A stretch of 64,000 nt of DNA from Rhodospirillales bacterium (GCA_017857825.1 JAFMCK010000001.1:9480-73479), one strand, 5' to 3'; positions 27,469 to 37,491 are shown, counted from the first letter of the stretch. A program made the numbers and translations. Notes: a model not told the origin generated them from the letters alone.

Positions 27469-30435
27469 ATGTTTGATGCGCTGACGCCGCGGATTTTTTC
27501 CATCGACAGCGGCACGGCGTTTGTCGACGCGTTAGCCGCCCGGTTGATCGAAGATGCCGGCGGTGACCCGATGGCGCTGGCCGAAATGCGGATTTTGCTG
27601 CCGACCCGGCGTGCGTGTCGCGCGCTTGCCGATGCGTTCTTGCGTCAAGGTGGCGGGCGCACGGCGTTGCTGCCGCGCTTAATGCCGTTAGGCGATATCG
27701 ACGAAGACGAACTTGCAATTTTTGAGGCCGGGCAAGAGCCGGGTGCCGCCAGTGCTGCAGACCTACCTCCCGCGATCCCAGGTTTGAAGCGGCAACTGCT
27801 GCTAACCCGCGCCGTGATGGCATTACCGGATCATAGCATGCAGCCGGCGCAAGCAACGGCGTTGGCATTGGAACTTGGTAAGCTCATTGACCGGATGGCG
27901 ACCGAAGACTGTGACCCTGGTGCCTTAGCAACGCTGGTCGCAGATAATTATGCCGAACATTGGCAGAAGGTTCTCCGGTTCCTCGATATTATTATCACGA
28001 CGTGGCCGGATATTCTGGCTCTCGAAGGTGCGCTCGACCCGGCGGCGCGGCGGAATGCCCTTCTGCGCGGCCAAGCGCGTTTGTGGTCTGAAACGCCGCC
28101 GACGACGCCGGTGATTGCCGCCGGTTCCACCGGTTCAATCCCGGCCACCGCTGATCTGTTGTCGGTGATTGCCAGCTTGCCCAAGGGGGCGGTTATTTTG
28201 CCGGGTCTTGATCAGGATATGCCCGAAGATGCCTGGGCCCTTTTGGGGCCGACGCATCCGCAGTTCGGTCTCAAGCAACTTTTGCTGCGGCTCGGTGTTG
28301 CGCGGGATGATGTCGGTACAATCACGGCGTCAGCGGATGCAGATAGCCAAGCGCGTGGCCGCATATTGTCGTCGGCCTTGGCCCCGGCAAGCGCTCCCCG
28401 GTCGCCGCTGCCGGATGTGGCAACGCTCGGCGCAGGCTTGGCCGGGGTCACGCGGCTTGACTGTCCGGGCCCTGCCGAAGAAGCCGCAGCGATTGCCTTG
28501 ATCATGCGGCGTCAGTTGGAAACACCCGGTAAAACCTGTGCGCTGGTGACGCCGGATCGCGCCTTGGCACGGCGCGTCACGGCAGCGCTTGGGCGCTGGG
28601 GTGTCGAGTTGGATGATTCCGCGGGTCGTCCGATGGCGTCGACGCCGCCCGGTGCCTTTCTGCGCTTGGTTGCCGATTGTGCGCGAGAGCGATTGGCACC
28701 CGTTGCGCTCCTGGCACTTTTAAAACATCCGCTGGCGGCAGGCGGGATGGCAGTCGCCGATTTTCGTGATCTGGTGCGAGGGCTCGAAATTTCGGTGCTG
28801 CTCGGGCCTCGGCCTGCGCCGGGGATCAAAGGGCTGCAGGCGCTGGTCGATGATGATAAAAAATTCGCGCGGTTGCGTCCGTTGCTTGATCGGATCGACA
28901 AGGCGCTGTCACCGTTGATGCAAATGATGGGCACTTCGGATGTGCCTTACAGCGATGTGCTCTCGGCGCACGTTGCCAGCGCCGAAGCCTTGGCCGCAAG
29001 TGACGAAGAGCAGGGTGCACAGCGGCTGTGGGCCGGGGACGCTGGCGAGGCAGTAGCCCGGTTCGTGGCCGAGCTTGCGGACTCGGTGTCGGTTTTAGGC
29101 CCGCTTGAGGGTGCGGCGTATCCAGGCATGCTGGAACGCTTGATGGATGGTCGTGTCGTACGCCCACGCTTTGGCGCGCATCCACGCCTATTCATCTGGG
29201 GCCTTTTAGAAGCCCGCTTGCAGCATGCTGATACCGTTATTTTGGGTGGCCTTAATGAAGGCACATGGCCGCCTGCGCCTGAAACCAATCCGTGGATGAG
29301 CCGCCCGATGATGACCGACATGGGCTTAGAGGCGCCTGAGCGGCGGATCGGCCTGACCGCCCATGATTTTCAGCAAGCCTTAGCGGCGAAAGAGGTGGTC
29401 ATCACTCGGGCCGACCGGGTCGGCGGCGCGCCGACAGTGCCGTCACGTTGGTTGGCTAGGCTTGATAACCTGTTTGCGCGTGCCGGGCTCACGAACCCGC
29501 TGGCGCCTAGCGCAGATGAAGCCTGGCTCAGCTGGGCGACGGCCTTGGACCGAGTCAAGCACACACGGCCGGCTGCGCCCAGACCTTGCCCGCCGACCTC
29601 GGCGCGTCCCAAGAGTTTGTCGGTGACGCAGATAGAAACGCTGATCCGTGACCCATACGCGGTCTATGCACGTCATATCTTGCGACTCAAAGTTTTGGAC
29701 CCTTTGGACGCGGACCCCGGGGCATCGGACAAAGGCATTATGATTCACGATGCGCTGGAAAAATTCGTGCGCGCGTACCCGGACCGCTTGCCGGACGATG
29801 CCGAGCGAAGATTGATTGACATAGGCCGCGATGTGTTTGCGCCAATGCTGGCACGTCCCGGTGTGCGGGCGTTTTGGTGGCCTCGCTTCCAGCGCATCGC
29901 ACATTGGTTTGTGGATTGGCAACGCGAACGGCTGAACGATGGATGGCAAGTGTCGTTCATCGAAGATCAGGGTGAACATGTTATCGACGCGGTCTCAGGG
30001 GGCTTTAAGATCACCGCTAAGCCGGACCGTATCGATCATATGCCGGGCTTGGGCCTTGCGATTTTGGATTATAAAACCGGCAGCCCGCCGAGTGCTCCGC
30101 AGGTCGACTCCGGCCTTTGTCCGCAACTGCCCCTCGAAGCGGTGATGGCGCAAGAAGGCGCTTTCAAAGGTGTGCCGAGAGAAAAGGTGGCGCAACTGAT
30201 GTACATTCATGTTTCGGGCGGACGCACGCCGGGTAAGGCGATCGCGTTAAAGCTCGATGTCGCGGATGTGGTAAACCGCACGCTTGATGGTGTCGGCCGT
30301 CTGATCGTTAAATTCGCCGACGAAAAAACACCCTATCTTTCAAGCCCGCGCCCACAGTTCGAAAGTCGTTTTGGTGATTACGACCATCTGGCACGCGTGG
30401 CCGCATGGCGTGCCGGCGGGGGCGACGACGAATGA
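27469..30435 (+). CDS. addB: Double-strand-break repair protein AddB (alphaproteobacterial type)
   Basis: 988 aa with a C-terminal PD-(D/E)xK nuclease motif 'AKPDRIDHMPGLGLAILDYKTG'. It lies immediately upstream of addA and overlaps it. Confidence 0.88.
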   Translation: MFDALTPRIFSIDSGTAFVDALAARLIEDAGGDPMALAEMRILLPTRRACRALADAFLRQGGGRTALLPRLMPLGDIDEDELAIFEAGQEPGAASAADLPPAIPGLKRQLLLTRAVMALPDHSMQPAQATALALELGKLIDRMATEDCDPGALATLVADNYAEHWQKVLRFLDIIITTWPDILALEGALDPAARRNALLRGQARLWSETPPTTPVIAAGSTGSIPATADLLSVIASLPKGAVILPGLDQDMPEDAWALLGPTHPQFGLKQLLLRLGVARDDVGTITASADADSQARGRILSSALAPASAPRSPLPDVATLGAGLAGVTRLDCPGPAEEAAAIALIMRRQLETPGKTCALVTPDRALARRVTAALGRWGVELDDSAGRPMASTPPGAFLRLVADCARERLAPVALLALLKHPLAAGGMAVADFRDLVRGLEISVLLGPRPAPGIKGLQALVDDDKKFARLRPLLDRIDKALSPLMQMMGTSDVPYSDVLSAHVASAEALAASDEEQGAQRLWAGDAGEAVARFVAELADSVSVLGPLEGAAYPGMLERLMDGRVVRPRFGAHPRLFIWGLLEARLQHADTVILGGLNEGTWPPAPETNPWMSRPMMTDMGLEAPERRIGLTAHDFQQALAAKEVVITRADRVGGAPTVPSRWLARLDNLFARAGLTNPLAPSADEAWLSWATALDRVKHTRPAAPRPCPPTSARPKSLSVTQIETLIRDPYAVYARHILRLKVLDPLDADPGASDKGIMIHDALEKFVRAYPDRLPDDAERRLIDIGRDVFAPMLARPGVRAFWWPRFQRIAHWFVDWQRERLNDGWQVSFIEDQGEHVIDAVSGGFKITAKPDRIDHMPGLGLAILDYKTGSPPSAPQVDSGLCPQLPLEAVMAQEGAFKGVPREKVAQLMYIHVSGGRTPGKAIALKLDVADVVNRTLDGVGRLIVKFADEKTPYLSSPRPQFESRFGDYDHLARVAAWRAGGGDDE

Positions 30436-33400
30436 CCGAACCGGCAAACACGACGATGCCTAAAGCCAGCAACCGCACTGGCCCACAGATTTCAGCCGCT
30501 GCGCCCGAAGCATCGGTTTGGGTGTCGGCAAACGCGGGGACCGGTAAGACCCGCGTGTTGGTCGACCGTATTTCGCGGTTGTTGCTCGGCGGTGTCGCAC
30601 CGGAGCGGATTTTGTGCCTGACATTCACCAAGGCGGCGGCGGCAGAAATGGCAAACCGCTTGTCTGCGTTGTTGAGCGGTTGGTCGGCGATGGGCGACGA
30701 GGTGCTGACCCTCGAACTCCGGGCGCTCGGTGAGAGAGATATCGACGCCGCGCTGCTGACCCGCGCCAAACAGCTTTTTGCGCTGACATTGGAAGCCCCC
30801 GAAGGTTTGCGGATTCGCACCATACATTCTTTCTGTGAATCGCTGCTTGGCCGCTTTCCGTTGGAAGCGGGGATCGCGCCGGATTTTCGGGTGATGGATG
30901 AACGTGATCAGCGCGAAACGCAGCTGGATGCTCGCGATCATATGCTGAATGAGGCTGAGGCCCAGGGCACCGCACTGACCGACGCCTTGGCCGCGATTGC
31001 CGGCATGGTCGATGAAGATGGCTTTGCATCCCTGATCCGTGAGCTTGACGGTAACCGGGCAAAGTTTCGCCATGCGCTGGCGGTGCACGGCGGCGCCGAC
31101 ACGTTATGCGATGCGGTCTATCGGGCGCTCGGCATCGCACCTGGACAGACCGCCGATGATGTGATCCGTCAGGCATGTGATGTGAACGCCGACGATGTCG
31201 CGATACTTGAGCGTCTGTGTGCCGCTTGGGATCATGGCGCGCCGGGCAATGTGACGTTTGCTACTACGGTGCGCGCGTGGCTGGCGATGTCGGTCGAAGC
31301 AAGGATGCTGGGGTGGCGGAACGATATTGTGAAAATCTTCGTTACCGAGAAGGCTGAGGTACGGAGCGAGAAGCGTCTCGTCACCAAAGATGCCGATGCG
31401 TTCGACCCTGGCGCCCAGGCGCTGGCGGTCGCATACGGCGGACGCCTGATTGAAACGTTGGATACCTTGAAAGCGATTGATGCGGCGTTTTCAACCCAGG
31501 CTCTGATTCGCATCGGCGCTGCGCTCAATGCGTCCTACGAGGACATTAAACGCCACCGTGGTCGGCTCGATTACGATGACTTGATTGAGCGCGCGTCCGG
31601 GTTGTTGAACTCGCCGTCCGGTGTCAGTTGGGTTCATTATAAATTGGACGGCGGCATAGAACATGTTCTGGTCGACGAGGCGCAAGACACCAGCCCTGAA
31701 CAGTGGCGGGTGATCGAAGAGGTTGCGAGTGACTTTTTCTCCGGCCAAAGCCGCTTTGAAGAAACCGCCGAAGGCCCGCGCACGGTGTTTGCGGTGGGTG
31801 ATGAGAAGCAATCGATTTATAGCTTCCAAGGGGCAGACCCCCGCAAGTTTGGCGAAATGCGCGCAGCTTTCGAAGACCGGGTGAGCGGTGCGGGTCGTGT
31901 TTGGCTTCCGGTCGCGATGGCGGAAAGTTTTCGCTCGGCACCCGCTGTGCTCAAGGTCGTCGACAAGGTTTTTGAAAATGAAGACGCCGCACGCGGGCTC
32001 AGTTTCAACGATGCCAAGGTTCGCCATGTTTCAGCGCGCACCGGGCAGGCTGGCGCGGTCGAACTATGGCCGCTCGAAGAGCCGACCGAAGATGATGCAA
32101 AGGACGAGCCTTGGGATGCGCCGCTGGATCATATTTCGGCCAACAGCGCCATTAATCGCGTTGTCATACGCATTGCCGACACCATCAAGGGATGGCTCGA
32201 CAAAGGGGAAGTGCTCCCCGCGCAGGGCCGACCGATAAAGCCAGGTGACATCTTAATTTTGCTGCAAAAGCGCAAAGGTGTGGCCGAGGCGATGACGGCG
32301 GCGTTGAAGGATCGCGGCGTGCCGGTATCCGGTCGGGACCGGATGAACTTGGTTGATCAGTTGGCGGTGCAGGATTTGATCGCACTGGGCCGGTTGGCGT
32401 TGCTGCCCGAAGATGATCTTAACACCGCGACGGTGTTGAAAGGCCCCTTGGTCGGGCTCTCCGAAACGGATTTGTATAATGTGGCCTATGATCGAGGCGA
32501 TGGGGTTCGTCTGATTACAGCGCTTTCGAGACTGCGGGATACCACGCCCGCTTATAAAGCGGCATGGGACAAGATCGCGACCTGGCGCGGGCGCGCCGAC
32601 TTTATGCCGCCGTTTGAATTTTTTGCCGAAGCGCTGAACGGTGAAGATGGACGGGTCGCGTTGATCCGTGACCTCGGGCCCGATGCCGCCGATACCATCG
32701 ACGAGTTCCTTTCGGCCGCGTTGGACTTTGAGCGTGATCATGTGCCGTCCATGGAAGGTTTCCTACACTGGCTGGAAACCGGCACGACCGAGGTAAAGCG
32801 TGACTTGGAACAAGGCCGTGATGAAGTGCGTGTGATGACCGTGCACGGCGCCAAAGGCTTGCAGGCGGAAATCGTCTTTCTGGCCGATGCGGGCTCTGTT
32901 CCGGCGAGCCAGAACGAAGATAAGATTCGTTGGTTTGAAGATGACGGCGTCCCGGTATGGCCGGGCCATGCGGGCAACGAAACCGCCGCCCTGGCGGCGT
33001 TGAAGGAGGCTCGGCGTAACGCCACGCTCGAAGAATACCGGCGGCTTTTGTACGTCGCACTGACCCGCGCCAAAGATCGGCTGTATGTGGCCGGCTACAC
33101 GACGAAGCAGGCGCCGAAAGACTTGTCATGGCACGGCATGGTGTCCGGTGCCATGGCTGAAATCGGCACAACGGTGGATGAAGCGGATGGTCGGTCGCGG
33201 TTGGTTTATGCCGAGCCGCAGACCGCAGATGCGCCGGATGGTGATGGCGGCATCGCGGCTGCCGAATCGACGGGCGCGACGCTGCCGGATTGGGCGAAGG
33301 TGCCGCCTGGGCCAGAGCCGCTGCCCTCAACCCCGCTCAGCCCGTCTCGGCCCGACGGTACTGAGCCGCCGGTGCGCTCACCTTTGGGGGGCGACAACGG

Positions 33401-33908
33401 ACAACGCTTTAAGCGGGGATTGGTGGTGCACGCGTTGATGCAGACGCTGCCTGAACTCGACCCCGGCGCACGGCGTCAGGCCTGCCAAGCGTTCGTCGCG
33501 CGCCCGGTTCATGGGTTTGACGCGGATGCACAGGCGGCGCTCACCGACGAAGTGATGGCTGTTATGGAAAATCCCGCGTTGTCCGCAGCGTTCGGCCCAG
33601 GGGCCCGCGCCGAAGTGCCGATTGCCGGCGTGACCGATACGCAGCAGGGCCCGCGCGCCGTCAGCGGTCAGATTGACCGCTTGGTGGTGACGCCGGATGC
33701 CGTGTTGATCATTGATTTTAAGACCAACAGGCCGTCACCTGACCGAATCGAAGATGTCAGCGAGACCTATTTGCGGCAGATGGCCACATATCGCGCAGCC
33801 CTCAGCGGTATCTTCCCGAGTCTGCCCGTGCGCGCGATTTTATTGTGGACAGATGGGCCTAAGTGGATGGAACTGCCGGATAATATGTTGGCAGCCCACG
33901 CACCTTGA
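30432..33908 (+). CDS. addA: Double-strand-break repair helicase-nuclease AddA
   Basis: UvrD-type Walker A 'SANAGTGKTRVL', 'VLVDEAQDTS', and a C-terminal RecB nuclease 'GQIDRLVVTPDAVLIIDFKTN'. ATG 30432 forms an ATGA overlap with the addB stop. Confidence 0.9.
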   Translation: MTEPANTTMPKASNRTGPQISAAAPEASVWVSANAGTGKTRVLVDRISRLLLGGVAPERILCLTFTKAAAAEMANRLSALLSGWSAMGDEVLTLELRALGERDIDAALLTRAKQLFALTLEAPEGLRIRTIHSFCESLLGRFPLEAGIAPDFRVMDERDQRETQLDARDHMLNEAEAQGTALTDALAAIAGMVDEDGFASLIRELDGNRAKFRHALAVHGGADTLCDAVYRALGIAPGQTADDVIRQACDVNADDVAILERLCAAWDHGAPGNVTFATTVRAWLAMSVEARMLGWRNDIVKIFVTEKAEVRSEKRLVTKDADAFDPGAQALAVAYGGRLIETLDTLKAIDAAFSTQALIRIGAALNASYEDIKRHRGRLDYDDLIERASGLLNSPSGVSWVHYKLDGGIEHVLVDEAQDTSPEQWRVIEEVASDFFSGQSRFEETAEGPRTVFAVGDEKQSIYSFQGADPRKFGEMRAAFEDRVSGAGRVWLPVAMAESFRSAPAVLKVVDKVFENEDAARGLSFNDAKVRHVSARTGQAGAVELWPLEEPTEDDAKDEPWDAPLDHISANSAINRVVIRIADTIKGWLDKGEVLPAQGRPIKPGDILILLQKRKGVAEAMTAALKDRGVPVSGRDRMNLVDQLAVQDLIALGRLALLPEDDLNTATVLKGPLVGLSETDLYNVAYDRGDGVRLITALSRLRDTTPAYKAAWDKIATWRGRADFMPPFEFFAEALNGEDGRVALIRDLGPDAADTIDEFLSAALDFERDHVPSMEGFLHWLETGTTEVKRDLEQGRDEVRVMTVHGAKGLQAEIVFLADAGSVPASQNEDKIRWFEDDGVPVWPGHAGNETAALAALKEARRNATLEEYRRLLYVALTRAKDRLYVAGYTTKQAPKDLSWHGMVSGAMAEIGTTVDEADGRSRLVYAEPQTADAPDGDGGIAAAESTGATLPDWAKVPPGPEPLPSTPLSPSRPDGTEPPVRSPLGGDNGQRFKRGLVVHALMQTLPELDPGARRQACQAFVARPVHGFDADAQAALTDEVMAVMENPALSAAFGPGARAEVPIAGVTDTQQGPRAVSGQIDRLVVTPDAVLIIDFKTNRPSPDRIEDVSETYLRQMATYRAALSGIFPSLPVRAILLWTDGPKWMELPDNMLAAHAP

Positions 33909-34029
33909 CGGGGTATCGGGACCTACCTAGTTTCTATGCAACGAAACGCATTGGTGCTGTGGCGCTATCCGCGTAGTATCGACAGAACACCAAGCTATAT
34001 TTTCCGAGGAAATTCGAAGGAATCCAGTC

Positions 34030-34347
34030 ATGCCCAAACAAGTAACCGACAGCTCTTTTCAAGACGATGTGCTCGGCGCGTCGGGTCCCGTCGTCGTCGA
34101 TTTCTGGGCTGAATGGTGTGGTCCGTGCAAACAGATCGCACCTGCGCTCGAAGAAATCTCGAACGAGATGGGTGACCGCGTGACGATTGCTAAAATCAAT
34201 ATCGACGATAATCCGGAAACTCCAAGCACTTATGGCGTGCGCGGTATTCCGACGTTGATCATGTTCAAAAATGGCGAAGTCACCGACACCAAAGTCGGTG
34301 CACTGCCGAAAAGCCAGCTCATGCAGTGGATTGAGCAAAATATTTAA
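34030..34347 (+). CDS. trxA: Thioredoxin
   Basis: 105 aa with '[12 protein letters not shown]' and '[15 protein letters not shown]'. Confidence 0.95.
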   Translation: MPKQVTDSSFQDDVLGASGPVVVDFWAEWCGPCKQIAPALEEISNEMGDRVTIAKINIDDNPETPSTYGVRGIPTLIMFKNGEVTDTKVGALPKSQLMQWIEQNI

Positions 34348-34377
34348 GCGCCCGTTAGGGTCATAGAGATTTACGGG

Positions 34378-34408
34378 ACCCCGCCAGAAACGGCGGGGTT
34401 TCTTATTT
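34378..34408 (+). terminator. Rho-independent terminator of trxA
   Basis: An 8-bp GC-rich stem ACCCCGCC (34378-34385) / GGCGGGGT (34392-34399), loop AGAAAC, followed by TTCTTATTT. Confidence 0.75.
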
Positions 34409-34420
34409 AGGAGATGCGAT

Positions 34421-35191
34421 ATGAGCCGTCTGGATATCAAACAAATCCCGGTTTTGAACGACAACTACGTGTACTTAGCGCATTGCCCGGAAACCGGGGC
34501 AACGGCGGTGGTGGACCCTGCGGTCACCGGCCCCGTGTTTGAGGCGTTGGATCAGACTGGTTGGACACTTACGCATATTTTGAACACCCACCATCACGGC
34601 GATCATACCGGCGGCAATCTTGAGATCAAAAAGCGCACCGGTTGTACCATCGTCGGGCCGCGCGCCGACCGGGATCGGATTCCGGGGATAGATGTCGAAG
34701 TGGGTGACGGCGATACGGTCCAACTCGGCGCATCATCGGCCCGTGTGTTTGATGTGCCCGGCCACACTCGGGGCCATATCGCATATTGGTTTGAAGACTC
34801 TGAAGCGTTGTTTTGCGGTGATACCCTATTCGTGATGGGTTGCGGGCGCTTGTTCGAAGGCACGCCGGCACAGATGGTCAACTCGTTAGCCAAGTTTGAT
34901 GCGCTGCCGGACAGCACGCAGGTCTATTGCGCGCACGAATATACTCAATCCAACGGTCGCTTCGCATTGACCGTCGAACCGCAGAACGAAGCGTTGCAGG
35001 CGCTGATGCGGGATGTCGACGCCAAGCGGCAACAAGGGGTGCCGACGGTGCCGTCGACCCTTGGTCAAGAGCGGGCGACGAACCCGTTCCTGCGCCCGTC
35101 CAGCGCGGATCTTCAAGCGACCCTGGGTATGCAAGGTGCTGACGTTGTTGATGTGTTTGCCGAAGTGCGGCGCCTTAAGGATAATTTCTAA
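34421..35191 (+). CDS. gloB: Hydroxyacylglutathione hydrolase (glyoxalase II)
   Basis: MBL motif 'ILNTHHHGDHTGGN', plus 'GHTRGHI', 'CGDTLF' and 'YCAHEYT'. Confidence 0.92.
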   Translation: MSRLDIKQIPVLNDNYVYLAHCPETGATAVVDPAVTGPVFEALDQTGWTLTHILNTHHHGDHTGGNLEIKKRTGCTIVGPRADRDRIPGIDVEVGDGDTVQLGASSARVFDVPGHTRGHIAYWFEDSEALFCGDTLFVMGCGRLFEGTPAQMVNSLAKFDALPDSTQVYCAHEYTQSNGRFALTVEPQNEALQALMRDVDAKRQQGVPTVPSTLGQERATNPFLRPSSADLQATLGMQGADVVDVFAEVRRLKDNF

Positions 35192-35637
35192 GCGTTGAGA
35201 ATTCGCAGCGTTTCGTGATCCCGTCCACCGCCGAAAAAGATTGCGAGTGCGACATCGAATAAGGTTTCGTCTTCGGGCGCTGCAACATCAAACAGCGTCA
35301 TCGACGAGCGAAATTTCAGCGCGTCGATGTCACCGAATATCGTCGTCGGCTCGCGGTCGGCATGGATGAAAATCTTTGAAGTACATTCTCGCAAGCGTTT
35401 ACCCAGTATCGGGTGCGCGAGATAGTCTTGGGCCGCCTGAAGTGTCGGGATGGCGAACTTTTTCGATGTCTCGCTGCTGCCGAGGCCTGCGATCTGCGGG
35501 AAAATAAACCACATCCAATGGGTTTGCTTGTTGCCGTCGGCGAGTTCTTCGAGGACCGCCGCATAGACCGGCGCTTGTGCATCTAAAAAGCGTTGCGGAT
35601 CAAGGTGTGCCGTCTTGATCTTTGTTGCGTTGTCCAT
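35188..35637 (-). CDS. DUF1810-family protein
   Basis: 'LDPQRFLDAQAPVYAAVLEEL..G.K.THWMWFIFPQ..GLG.S' is the DUF1810 signature. The ATG at 35637 gives the family-typical N-terminus but overlaps the upstream transporter gene by 38 nt. Confidence 0.7.
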   Translation of the reverse strand: MDNATKIKTAHLDPQRFLDAQAPVYAAVLEELADGNKQTHWMWFIFPQIAGLGSSETSKKFAIPTLQAAQDYLAHPILGKRLRECTSKIFIHADREPTTIFGDIDALKFRSSMTLFDVAAPEDETLFDVALAIFFGGGRDHETLRILNA

Positions 35638-36421
35638 AAACCAACCAATACACCAAGGCGACGCAAACACTGCCGCCGACAATATTTCCAACCGTTACGG
35701 GAATCATATTGGCGATGAAGCCGCCAAGGTCAACGTTGTCGGCACCGGCGAGGTAGCCGGCAGGGATCAAATAAGCATTGGCGATGGAGTGTTCGAAGCC
35801 GAGCGCCACGAACGCTGAAATCGGAAACACAATGGCGAGAATTTTATCTGTCACCGAATGCGCGGCAAAGCACAGCCATACGGCAAGGCAGACAAGGGCG
35901 TTGCACAAAAGGCCGCGCACGAACGCTTCCAGCGGCGGCAGGGCGATTTTGGCTTCCGCAATGGCGATGGCTGTGTCGCCGACAGCACCCGCGTTCATAG
36001 AAAACGCCCCTGACAAATCAGCGAGAACCGCCATGGCGAAGCCACCGATCAGATTGCCGATAAAAACAATCGTCCAGTTGCGCATTAGCTTCGCTGTCGA
36101 GACGTTGCCGTCCGCCCAGGCCATGACGATCAAATTGTTCCCTGTAAAAAGCTCTGCCCCCGCGATCACGACTAAAATCAGCCCCAACGAAAAGCCGATG
36201 CCTCCCAACAGGCGTGTTGGTCCAAAGCCGAGATCACTCCCGGTCACAATAAGCGTGAACAACATCGCGCCGAATGCGATGAAGGCGCCGGCTAAAATGG
36301 CGAGCACCAATGTCGAAATGAATCCGAGTTCGGCTTTGCTGACACCGGCGGCTTCGACGCGTTCGGTTATTTTTGCAGGTGCATAAGCATCAAAGTCTGG
36401 CGTGGGCATAGGGGTCCTCAT
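35600..36421 (-). CDS. Formate/nitrite transporter family channel (FocA/NirC-like)
   Basis: 273 aa and six TM segments. 'AGAELFTGN' and 'GFEHSIANAY' are FNT family signatures. Confidence 0.85.
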   Translation of the reverse strand: MRTPMPTPDFDAYAPAKITERVEAAGVSKAELGFISTLVLAILAGAFIAFGAMLFTLIVTGSDLGFGPTRLLGGIGFSLGLILVVIAGAELFTGNNLIVMAWADGNVSTAKLMRNWTIVFIGNLIGGFAMAVLADLSGAFSMNAGAVGDTAIAIAEAKIALPPLEAFVRGLLCNALVCLAVWLCFAAHSVTDKILAIVFPISAFVALGFEHSIANAYLIPAGYLAGADNVDLGGFIANMIPVTVGNIVGGSVCVALVYWLVYGQRNKDQDGTP

Positions 36422-36478
36422 ATTTGGAGAGATTGACCCACCCTAATGCGTGCCGTTGAGTCGCGTCATTGCGATAAA

Positions 36479-37117
36479 TCAATCGTCGCTACCAACCGGT
36501 AACGCGACCCCATGTCGCCGCTCCTGCCTGGCGGCGCGCAGCACTTCGATGGCGCCAAACATGGCGAGGCCACCGATGATAGCAGCGACGACCAAATCGG
36601 GGATACCGCTGTTCGATGCCCAAACGCCTGACGCTGCAATGATGACCGCGACGTTTGAAAGCGCATCGTTCCGGGTGCAGACCCAAACTGCTTTCATGTT
36701 GGCGTCGGCGCCCCGAAAGCGAAACAGAATGACCGCGCAGGTGAGATTGGCGAGCAATGCCAAGGCCCCAATGCCGCCCATCAAAGGTGCTGAAGGCACG
36801 GTCCCATTGAGCGCATGATAGACAATCATCCCGGTGACCCAGACGCCGAACAGACCCATCACGCTGCCTTTTAATGTCGCCAAGCGCGTGCGCCAAATCA
36901 GGCCGAGATTGAGGACCATCAGCGACAAACCGTAGTTCACTGAATCGCCGAAAAAGTCGGCTGCGTCGGCTTGCAGACCAACCGAGCCGCCGAGCACGCC
37001 CGCAGACAGTTCGACGATGACCATGGTCGCGTTAATCACCAGCGCCGCCCAAAGCGCGCGACGTGCTGCAGGGCCAGTGGCTGAAATGCTGTGATCGTGA
37101 CCGCAATGTGCGCTCAT
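36479..37117 (-). CDS. Cation-diffusion-facilitator-type metal efflux protein, membrane domain only
   Basis: N-terminal 'HCGHDH' and six TM segments, with TM2 'LQADAADFFGDS' and TM5 'TRNDALSNV' in the positions of the CDF metal site. At 212 aa there is no C-terminal cytoplasmic domain. It has a 4-nt overlap with the upstream ArsR gene. Confidence 0.78.
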   Translation of the reverse strand: MSAHCGHDHSISATGPAARRALWAALVINATMVIVELSAGVLGGSVGLQADAADFFGDSVNYGLSLMVLNLGLIWRTRLATLKGSVMGLFGVWVTGMIVYHALNGTVPSAPLMGGIGALALLANLTCAVILFRFRGADANMKAVWVCTRNDALSNVAVIIAASGVWASNSGIPDLVVAAIIGGLAMFGAIEVLRAARQERRHGVALPVGSDD

Positions 37118-37458
37118 TTGCGTGCCTCTTCCTTGGCGATGGGTTCAAGCGCATGCTCGGCCATATCTTCGAGGATGCGTCGTACGTGATCATCTGCGGC
37201 AGCGTAATAAATATTCTTGCCGCGTCGTTCCGCGCGGACCAGACGTGCCGCCTTTAACAACCGAAGATGGTGGCTCGCGAGTGATGGTGATATGCCGACC
37301 GCGCGCGCAATATCACCGGCTGCCAAAGGTGCTGTGAGGCACGCATAAACAATGCTTAACCTTGTCGGGTCGCCCAGCAAGTGAAACAGGTCCGCAATTG
37401 TGCGCTGAACGTCTGTGTCCGGCGCGGGCAAACAGGCACGGGGAATTTTCAAACTCAT
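37114..37458 (-). CDS. ArsR/SmtB-family metalloregulator
   Basis: The wHTH region is 'LLGDPTRLSIVYAC...AGDIARAVGISPSLASHHLRLLKAARLV'. An alpha5-type metal site is suggested by 'DDHVRRILEDMAEH'. ATG 37458 is preferred over the TTG at 37476. Confidence 0.85.
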   Translation of the reverse strand: MSLKIPRACLPAPDTDVQRTIADLFHLLGDPTRLSIVYACLTAPLAAGDIARAVGISPSLASHHLRLLKAARLVRAERRGKNIYYAAADDHVRRILEDMAEHALEPIAKEEARK

Positions 37459-37461
37459 AAT

Positions 37462-37491
37462 ACAACACTTAAACAATCATTTAATTGTTGT
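37462..37491. promoter_or_regulatory. 30-bp imperfect inverted repeat, candidate ArsR/SmtB operator
   Basis: In ACAACACTTAAACAA|TCATTTAATTGTTGT, 12 of 15 positions are self-complementary by my base-by-base check. It lies immediately upstream of the arsR-CDF operon start. Confidence 0.4.

Noticed and set aside
30492-33330. Several 180-240-aa minus-strand ORFs inside addA (e.g. 30492..31088, 30625..31176, 32602..33330)
   Set aside because: They are antisense to a 1158-aa helicase-nuclease gene with clear motifs, and their Arg/Pro/Ala-rich compositions are typical GC-rich shadow frames.
35600-35637. 38-nt overlap between the 3' end of the FNT transporter gene and the 5' end of the DUF1810 gene
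   Set aside because: It most likely reflects uncertainty about the start codon. The ATG at 35637 gives the family-typical N-terminus, but I cannot exclude a downstream start, so this is not strong enough to report as programmed coupling.
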